Source of the DNA: Desulfobacula sp.
GTDB taxonomy: Bacteria; Desulfobacterota; Desulfobacteria; Desulfobacterales; Desulfobacteraceae
Assembly (NCBI RefSeq): GCF_018645325.1
Contig: NZ_JABGOU010000019.1
DNA length: 64,000 nt
Direction: 5' to 3' (one strand)
How positions within the stretch are numbered: position 1 is the first letter of the stretch; the number at the start of each line of letters is the position of its first letter. The position numbers and the translations under genes are program-made. Below the pieces are notes generated by a model that had not been told where the DNA came from, searched no databases, and saw nothing but the letters and a program-made list of their open reading frames with translations. This document shows positions 57,867 to 64,000 of the stretch, one piece after another.

Positions 57867-59009
57867 ATGCCTGATTATAAAAAAAAACAGATGTATTTCT
57901 ATCTGATTGTTTTAAGTGTTTGTTCCACAGCAGGGCTTCAATGCTGGCAAACCCTTTTTGACAATTTCAGTGTTAATGTTGTAGGCCTTGACGGTCACCA
58001 TATAGGGGCTTTGCAGTCTGTTCGTGAAATTCCGGGATTTCTTGCTTTACTTGTCACCTACGTGATTTTAATCATTAAAGAACACAAATTGTCTGCCCTG
58101 TCTATTATCATCCTTGGGGCAGGCCTTTTTGCAACCGGATTTTTACCAAGCTTTTCCGGCCTTATTTTAACAACTATGATAATGAGTTTCGGGTTCCACT
58201 ATTTTGAAACAACAAACAAGTCGCTGACACTCCAGTATTTTGACAAACTTTCATCCCCTCTTGTTTTAAGCGCACAAAGAAGCTATGCCGCAGGTGCAAG
58301 TGTTGTGGTCGGCATCATTATATTCTTGATCGCTCCAATATTAAGCTATAAAACCATGTATATTATTTTTGGCAGTATAATCATAGTCTGCGGTTTATGG
58401 GCCATCACAAAGAATCCTTCAAAAAAAGATATCATTCCCCAGAAAAAACAATTGGTATTGAAAAAAGAGTACTGGCTCTATTATTTTTTAACTTTCATGG
58501 CAGGTGCGAGGCGACAGATTTTTATGGCATTTGCCATATTTTTACTGGTAAAAAAATTTGGATTTTCAGTTCAGGATATAACCCTGCTCTTTCTTTTAAA
58601 CAATGGGATCAATTTTTTCATCAATCCTTTAATCGGAAAATTTATCGTAAAATATGGAGAACGCAAACTTCTTTCAATGGAATATTTTTTCCTTATACTG
58701 GTTTTTATCTCCTATGCTTATGTTGACTCAAGATCTTTAGTCGCAATCTTATATATCCTTGATCACATGTTTTTTAATTTTTCCACGGCCATTAATACCT
58801 ATTTCCAAAAAATTGCTGATCCCCGGGATATTGCATCCAGTGCTGCAGTTGGGTTTACCATAAACCATATTGCAGCCGTGATCCTGCCCGTAATAGGAGG
58901 ATTGTTATGGATAGTCGATTATAAAATCCCTTTTTTGGTCGGAGCTTTCTTCAGTCTTATATCTCTTGTTTTTGTACAGTTTATAAGGACTGAAAAGATA
59001 TCTGCATAG
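57867..59009 (+). CDS. MFS transporter
   Basis: About 12 hydrophobic segments; SVREIPGFL; GKFIVKYGERK loop motif. Confidence 0.88.
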   Translation: MPDYKKKQMYFYLIVLSVCSTAGLQCWQTLFDNFSVNVVGLDGHHIGALQSVREIPGFLALLVTYVILIIKEHKLSALSIIILGAGLFATGFLPSFSGLILTTMIMSFGFHYFETTNKSLTLQYFDKLSSPLVLSAQRSYAAGASVVVGIIIFLIAPILSYKTMYIIFGSIIIVCGLWAITKNPSKKDIIPQKKQLVLKKEYWLYYFLTFMAGARRQIFMAFAIFLLVKKFGFSVQDITLLFLLNNGINFFINPLIGKFIVKYGERKLLSMEYFFLILVFISYAYVDSRSLVAILYILDHMFFNFSTAINTYFQKIADPRDIASSAAVGFTINHIAAVILPVIGGLLWIVDYKIPFLVGAFFSLISLVFVQFIRTEKISA

Positions 59010-59213
59010 AAAAATTATTGTATATATATAGCCTTTACTCCCTCTTATTTTAAACAATATGAGTTTATCTATTGACCAAGTAATTCAGCATTGCTAAAGA
59101 TTACTCGTGCAAATAATAATCAAATGCAAAACCAGGAATGGTGAAACACAGGGATAAAATTCTCCGGCTGGAACGATAGTCAGATTGGTTTCAGGATATT
59201 CAGTTTTTTTAAT

Positions 59214-61379
59214 ATGGGAAAAGAAATGAAAAAGAAACTCTTTGTAGGATTAGCTGCAGGATTATTTATACTTGGAATGTTTGGACTTGCCGGGGCAAAT
59301 AGTATAGTCATAAATGATCATTTTGATGACAATACATTGGATCCTTCCTGGTCAACCAGTTTTGAAAAAGCCACAGGGTGGTCTTATACAGAAAGCGGAA
59401 CCAGCTTAAAAGTCACAGATATGATAACTACTGCCCCGGGATGGGCCAGCGTTAATCTAACCCAGTATATCACTCCGCTATCAGACTTTAACATTAGTTT
59501 TAAATTTTCATGGGACTCAGAAAACAATGTCAAGGCTGTTCAGAACGTGATAATTCAAGCATATGCTCAGGATGGTACAAAAATCGCTGAGGCAGGGTTT
59601 TCAGATGGATGGATTAATTCGGAAGGGGCAGGATATGGTATGATAGAAGGTAACCAATATGATACGGGACCAGATTCCTTAAGTTCTTCTGGTTCTGCAG
59701 TGGTTACCATCGCCCGGAAAGGCAATGATATAAAGATTTTGTGGGATGGCGCCATTTTAATTGAAGGTACGAGCAGTGACTTACTCTATAGAGTCGATTT
59801 GGTTTTTTCACATAATTTAATGGCTGATTCTTTTTTTGGGAATGAGGCAATAGATGCAGTAAAGGTGGAGGGGTCTTACACCCCTGTATCAGAACCCTCC
59901 ACAAATTCAACTTCAATCAGTCAGATTTATACCATAGCTCCGGCCAGTAACGAAACACTCAGTTTCGGGTCTGCAAATGGCCAGTTGGCATTCGCATTCA
60001 GTAAAATAACAGATGCAACAAAATATTTGCTCACCCTTCAAATGAATGACTTGATCAATTCTACCATGGCTCCAATATCAATTGAGCTCGTTCCAGAGGT
60101 GAGTGGAACCTTGTTTTTGCCACCAACAGCAGCCACCCCAGGATTTTCTGAAACTTTCCTTGGAATGACTTACAATCTCCCGCTTGACAAGGCAACATGG
60201 GATTCAATGGCATTGTATAAAATAAAATGGGGAATTGAAGCCTATAATAGTTCAGACGTCTTAATTGGATCTACATATAAATCCTTGGTTCCGGATAAAT
60301 ATGCCTGTAGTTTTAAGCTTCTATCTAGTACAGCAATAGCAATGACCAGCCCTGCTCCGGGATCTGAACTTAACCTGTCTGATTCACCACCCGTATTTAA
60401 ATGGGATCTTTATTCAGGCGTTGCCGAATATGAACTAATTCTTGCAAGAGTGGATGGAGCATCATTTTCTCCTGTTATTCCCTTTTCAAACCTAACCTTT
60501 AATCTTCTGACAATGGATGCTGCAACATGGCAGTCAATGCCGGCAGGCACCTGGTATTGGACTGTTCTTGGATCTGATCCTATGGGGAATAAAATGCCAT
60601 CAAAGTTTACAATGTTTGACTTTGAAGTTTCAGGAACCCCCGTGACAACTCCGACAAATCCCAGTACCAGCTCCAATTCCCTGGGTATGGACTTTGTTTA
60701 CATCGCTCCAGGAGCCTTTATGATGGGCTCAACTTTGGATAAACCGGGTATGAATGGCGATGAGACTCTACATCAAGAGACTCTGACCAAGGGTTATTAC
60801 ATGCAAACCACGGAAGTCAGCCAGTCCCAGTGGGAGGCCTTGATGGGCAGCAATCCATCGTTTTTCAAATGCTCAGATTGTCCTGTGGAGCAAGTCTCCT
60901 GGAATGATGCACAAGTGTTCATTCAAAAATTGAATCAAAAAGGAGAAGGCACGTATATGCTGCCAACAGAGGCCCAGTGGGAATATGCTGCCCGGGCAGG
61001 CTCTACTTCATCCTTTGCCAACGGGGCAATTACAGCAACCGGATCTGGGTATGATCCAAATCTTGATGCCATGGGCTGGTATACATATAATTCAAATTCT
61101 ATGACCAACCCAGTTGCACAAAAAATGCCCAACGCCTGGGGATTATATGATATGCATGGCAATGTTCTGGAGTGGTGCCAGGACTGGTATGGCAGCTATA
61201 ATTCAGGATCTGTAACGGATTCGGTTGGTCCATCATCGGGATCAACTCGTGTTATACGGGGTGGAAGCTGGGTCAATGATTCAGAGGGCTGCCCCTCAGC
61301 TGTCCGATACTATGGCAACCCGGAAGGTTCGATCAACCTTCTTGGCTTTCGGCTTGCCCTTGCCCTGGATAAGCAATAA
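59214..61379 (+). CDS. Secreted multidomain protein with C-terminal FGE-sulfatase (SUMF1/EgtB-like) fold
   Basis: Signal peptide; C-terminal FMMGS, PVEQVSWNDA, LPTEAQWEYAARAG, PNAWGLYDMHGNVLEWC, RVIRGGSW, GFRL. Confidence 0.88.
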   Translation: MGKEMKKKLFVGLAAGLFILGMFGLAGANSIVINDHFDDNTLDPSWSTSFEKATGWSYTESGTSLKVTDMITTAPGWASVNLTQYITPLSDFNISFKFSWDSENNVKAVQNVIIQAYAQDGTKIAEAGFSDGWINSEGAGYGMIEGNQYDTGPDSLSSSGSAVVTIARKGNDIKILWDGAILIEGTSSDLLYRVDLVFSHNLMADSFFGNEAIDAVKVEGSYTPVSEPSTNSTSISQIYTIAPASNETLSFGSANGQLAFAFSKITDATKYLLTLQMNDLINSTMAPISIELVPEVSGTLFLPPTAATPGFSETFLGMTYNLPLDKATWDSMALYKIKWGIEAYNSSDVLIGSTYKSLVPDKYACSFKLLSSTAIAMTSPAPGSELNLSDSPPVFKWDLYSGVAEYELILARVDGASFSPVIPFSNLTFNLLTMDAATWQSMPAGTWYWTVLGSDPMGNKMPSKFTMFDFEVSGTPVTTPTNPSTSSNSLGMDFVYIAPGAFMMGSTLDKPGMNGDETLHQETLTKGYYMQTTEVSQSQWEALMGSNPSFFKCSDCPVEQVSWNDAQVFIQKLNQKGEGTYMLPTEAQWEYAARAGSTSSFANGAITATGSGYDPNLDAMGWYTYNSNSMTNPVAQKMPNAWGLYDMHGNVLEWCQDWYGSYNSGSVTDSVGPSSGSTRVIRGGSWVNDSEGCPSAVRYYGNPEGSINLLGFRLALALDKQ

Positions 61380-61495
61380 AACAGAAAAAAATTATTAGAT
61401 CCTGAATAGCCGTTTGTAAAAATCAGCTTGAGAATAAAATGATTTATAATAAATTCTGTGCTAAAATAGAATTTATCAGCATACCTTTCCAATAG

Positions 61496-63121
61496 ATGGG
61501 AACTATGAAAAAAATTATTTTTCTTTTTTTAATAACTCAACTCTCTTTTTTATTGCCCTGCAATGCCGTCACAGGGAGTCAAGATCCTGTCCCTGATATA
61601 AAGGTCAATGGCTCTGATTCCTCTGTAATAGTTTCATCAACCGATACGATTACCATCAGTATCAGCCTGTCACCCGGTGATCAGACAGGTCAGATGGCTG
61701 ATTGGTGGATTCTTGCCGATACCCCCATGGGCCAGTTTTCCTGGGTAAATCCAGGTGGCTGGACATCCGGGAACATTCAGGCAATTCAGCACCCACTGCT
61801 TTATTTACCGGCATTCACTATTTTTAATAGTCTCCTCCCGCAAGGAGATTATCTGATCAAATTCAGCATTGACAACACCCCTGATCAAACCAATGATAAC
61901 AACTGGTTTGATGCAGTGACCATCACAGTCAGCGATAATTCGTCAAATGACAACAGCACAAATACGCCGGCAAACCAGACTTGTGCAGACAATGACCCAG
62001 GAAATGGTGATACAATTATTTCCGGTCCTTCAGGGCCCGGCAGTAATGGGGCAGATAATGATTCGCCATTCAGGTCTTTAACTATACATCCAGACAATCC
62101 AGATATTGTGATACTCGGCACGGAGCGTAATGGGTTTGTAAAGAGCATGGATGGTGGATTAACCTGGAACAGGTTTAGAAAGGGATTACGCCATGAACAA
62201 TGGGGATACCCGGAAATATATGATATTGCCATGTCATCTGCCAACCCTGATATCATTTATGCAGCTAGTGTGGAATCTCCCGGCCCCTTATACGGAAATT
62301 ATCCCAGCACAAATGCCGGTGTATACAAAAGTGTGGACCAGGGTCAGACATGGCAGAGAAAAAATTGCGGGATAAAAAACGCGAGGGTCACTTCAGTCTA
62401 TGTCAGCCCTTTGGACCCGGATATTTCAATCATTGCCGCTGCAGGTGGATATCCATCTTTCACAGGGACAGATGTAGATGGAAAGTATTTTGAGGGCGGA
62501 TTGTTAAAAACAATAGACGGAGGGAATTCCTGGTCAAAAATAATAATCCATAATGATGACAATTACAATGAATTCAGGACAATCATACAACCAAATTCCG
62601 CAACAAATACAGTCTATACTTTTGGATTAAATAATAATGATTTAAGCTTAAATGTCGGATTTGTAAAAAGCCTGGATGGAGGTAACACCTGGCAGCAGTT
62701 TGCACCGTTTTTGATAAACAAACACGTATCTTACTTTGATGTATCAAGTGATGGCAATGTGATATATGCTGTTGAAAGAGACTTGATGAAAATAGCAAAA
62801 TCTTCGGATGGAGGGAAAAACTGGACAGAACTGCCTATTTATTCTTCCGGATATGCCCTGGCCATGAGTCCATCAGACCCGGACCGGGTTTTGTACAGCA
62901 CCTATAACAGTCTCTATCTTTCCACGGATGGACTGAAAACCAGCACCCCGATTTTGGAAAATTTAAATCATCCTGTATCGGATATTGTTTTTGCTCCTTC
63001 CAATAACGATATTGTTTACGCTATCATAAGTGGATATATCCTTTATAAAAGTACTGATAAAGGGAATAGTTTCAACAAAATTATTGATATAAGAAACGAT
63101 ATTTTGAATACAATACCTTAA
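61496..63121 (+). CDS. Secreted BNR/Asp-box repeat beta-propeller protein
   Basis: Signal peptide; repeats KSMDGGLTW, KSVDQGQTW, KTIDGGNSW, KSLDGGNTW, KSSDGGKNW, KSTDKGNSF. Confidence 0.85.
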   Translation: MGTMKKIIFLFLITQLSFLLPCNAVTGSQDPVPDIKVNGSDSSVIVSSTDTITISISLSPGDQTGQMADWWILADTPMGQFSWVNPGGWTSGNIQAIQHPLLYLPAFTIFNSLLPQGDYLIKFSIDNTPDQTNDNNWFDAVTITVSDNSSNDNSTNTPANQTCADNDPGNGDTIISGPSGPGSNGADNDSPFRSLTIHPDNPDIVILGTERNGFVKSMDGGLTWNRFRKGLRHEQWGYPEIYDIAMSSANPDIIYAASVESPGPLYGNYPSTNAGVYKSVDQGQTWQRKNCGIKNARVTSVYVSPLDPDISIIAAAGGYPSFTGTDVDGKYFEGGLLKTIDGGNSWSKIIIHNDDNYNEFRTIIQPNSATNTVYTFGLNNNDLSLNVGFVKSLDGGNTWQQFAPFLINKHVSYFDVSSDGNVIYAVERDLMKIAKSSDGGKNWTELPIYSSGYALAMSPSDPDRVLYSTYNSLYLSTDGLKTSTPILENLNHPVSDIVFAPSNNDIVYAIISGYILYKSTDKGNSFNKIIDIRNDILNTIP

Positions 63122-63290
63122 CTGCCCACACCCTGCCATAACTAGTGTAAAAGGAGTTAAATCACTTTTTGCGGATAGACAAACAAGGAATAGCAGAATC
63201 CTTGACACAGAATTCATCATGTGTTTATTCTCAAATTACAGAATCATGAAAACATTTTTAGGACGCTCTATTTAAGATTAGAGAGGCAAA

Positions 63291-64000
63291 ATGAAAAAAG
63301 CCATATTGATCGTGGGAATACTCTTTTTTGGACTGGAAGCACATGCCCGGATGACGGCTGAAACCATAGTAAAAAATGCCTTTGATTATTGGCGGGGGAA
63401 AGCCTGTGTCTCAACTATAATCATGACCGTTCACCGTCCTGACTGGGAGCGCGTAATGACCATCAAGACATGGACCCGGGGCGAATCTGACTCTTTATTC
63501 GTTATTACCAGACCTGCAAAAGATAAAGGAAACGGCACCCTTAAAATTGACAAAGGAATGTGGATGTATAACCCAAAAGTAAACCGGGTTATCAAACTTC
63601 CTCCTTCCATGATGTCTCAAGGCTGGCAGGGATCGGATTTTTCCAACAACGACCTTGCAAAAAGCGATAGCCTTATCAAAGATTATGTGCATACTTTAGA
63701 AGACACAAAAATTGATCAGGGTAAAAAAATATATTTTATAAAATCAATGCCCAAACCCGAAGCCCCGGTTATCTGGGGCATGATCAAACTTGTCGTACGT
63801 GAAGACAATATCCTTTTAAGTGAAGAATTTTTTGATGAAGATCTTAAGGCCGTAAAAATAATGACGGCATGGGATATCCAAATGGCAGGAGACAAACTTT
63901 TCCCATTAAAATGGAAAATGCAGAAATCAGATGCTAAAGACGAGTATACCCAGTTTGTTTACGAGAAGATTGATTTTAAAAAAAGTTTGAGCAAAAATAT
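63291..64000 (+). CDS. Outer membrane lipoprotein-sorting (LolA-like) protein, 3' truncated by window end, not in ORF track
   Basis: gagagg RBS; MKKAILIVGILFFGLEAHA...PAKDKGNGTLK...WMYNPKVNRVIKLPPSMMSQGWQGSDFSNNDL; frame runs to the window end. Confidence 0.88.
   Translation, partial: MKKAILIVGILFFGLEAHARMTAETIVKNAFDYWRGKACVSTIIMTVHRPDWERVMTIKTWTRGESDSLFVITRPAKDKGNGTLKIDKGMWMYNPKVNRVIKLPPSMMSQGWQGSDFSNNDLAKSDSLIKDYVHTLEDTKIDQGKKIYFIKSMPKPEAPVIWGMIKLVVREDNILLSEEFFDEDLKAVKIMTAWDIQMAGDKLFPLKWKMQKSDAKDEYTQFVYEKIDFKKSLSKN

Noticed and set aside
61230-61379. C-terminal FGE/CLec-fold segment as a diversity-generating retroelement target
   Set aside because: No template-repeat copy and no reverse transcriptase in this window; a remote DGR cannot be excluded.

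Overview
AT-rich bacterial chromosomal window. The gene repertoire and repeat families suggest a sulfate-reducing Desulfobacteraceae member (Desulfobacula/Desulfobacter-like); this is an inference. Most of it is core housekeeping DNA: folE2-rpoZ-greA-pssA-psd, tsaB-lon, pilD, HU, sbcB, rplM-rpsI, tolQRAB-pal-cpoB-ruvCAB, groES-groEL, hflKC, dciA-methyltransferase-tRNA-Ser(GGA)-dnaX-ybaB-recR, and lptD-NusG paralog-ihf-holB-ricT-metG-PBP. No transposase, integrase, phage gene or CRISPR array is visible. The most unusual items are: (1) a cysteine synthase fused to a CysRS-like domain that has lost both class I ATP motifs (HIGH, KMSKS) but keeps its Zn ligands and anticodon-binding domain; (2) a 1231-aa GlmS homolog whose catalytic Cys is preceded by an N-terminal extension; (3) an amino-acid catabolism islet (class III aminotransferase + BKACE, D-amino-acid aminotransferase, class I aminotransferase, DDAH) containing an unannotated Fe-S oxidoreductase remnant; (4) an apparent PEP-CTERM/FGE-fold chimera; (5) several families of nested miniature palindromic elements that repeatedly sit on gene ends. 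Two genes missing from the ORF track were found: a 31-aa bS22/COX24-like peptide and a 3'-truncated LolA-like protein. All calls come from reading motifs by eye; no database search was run.
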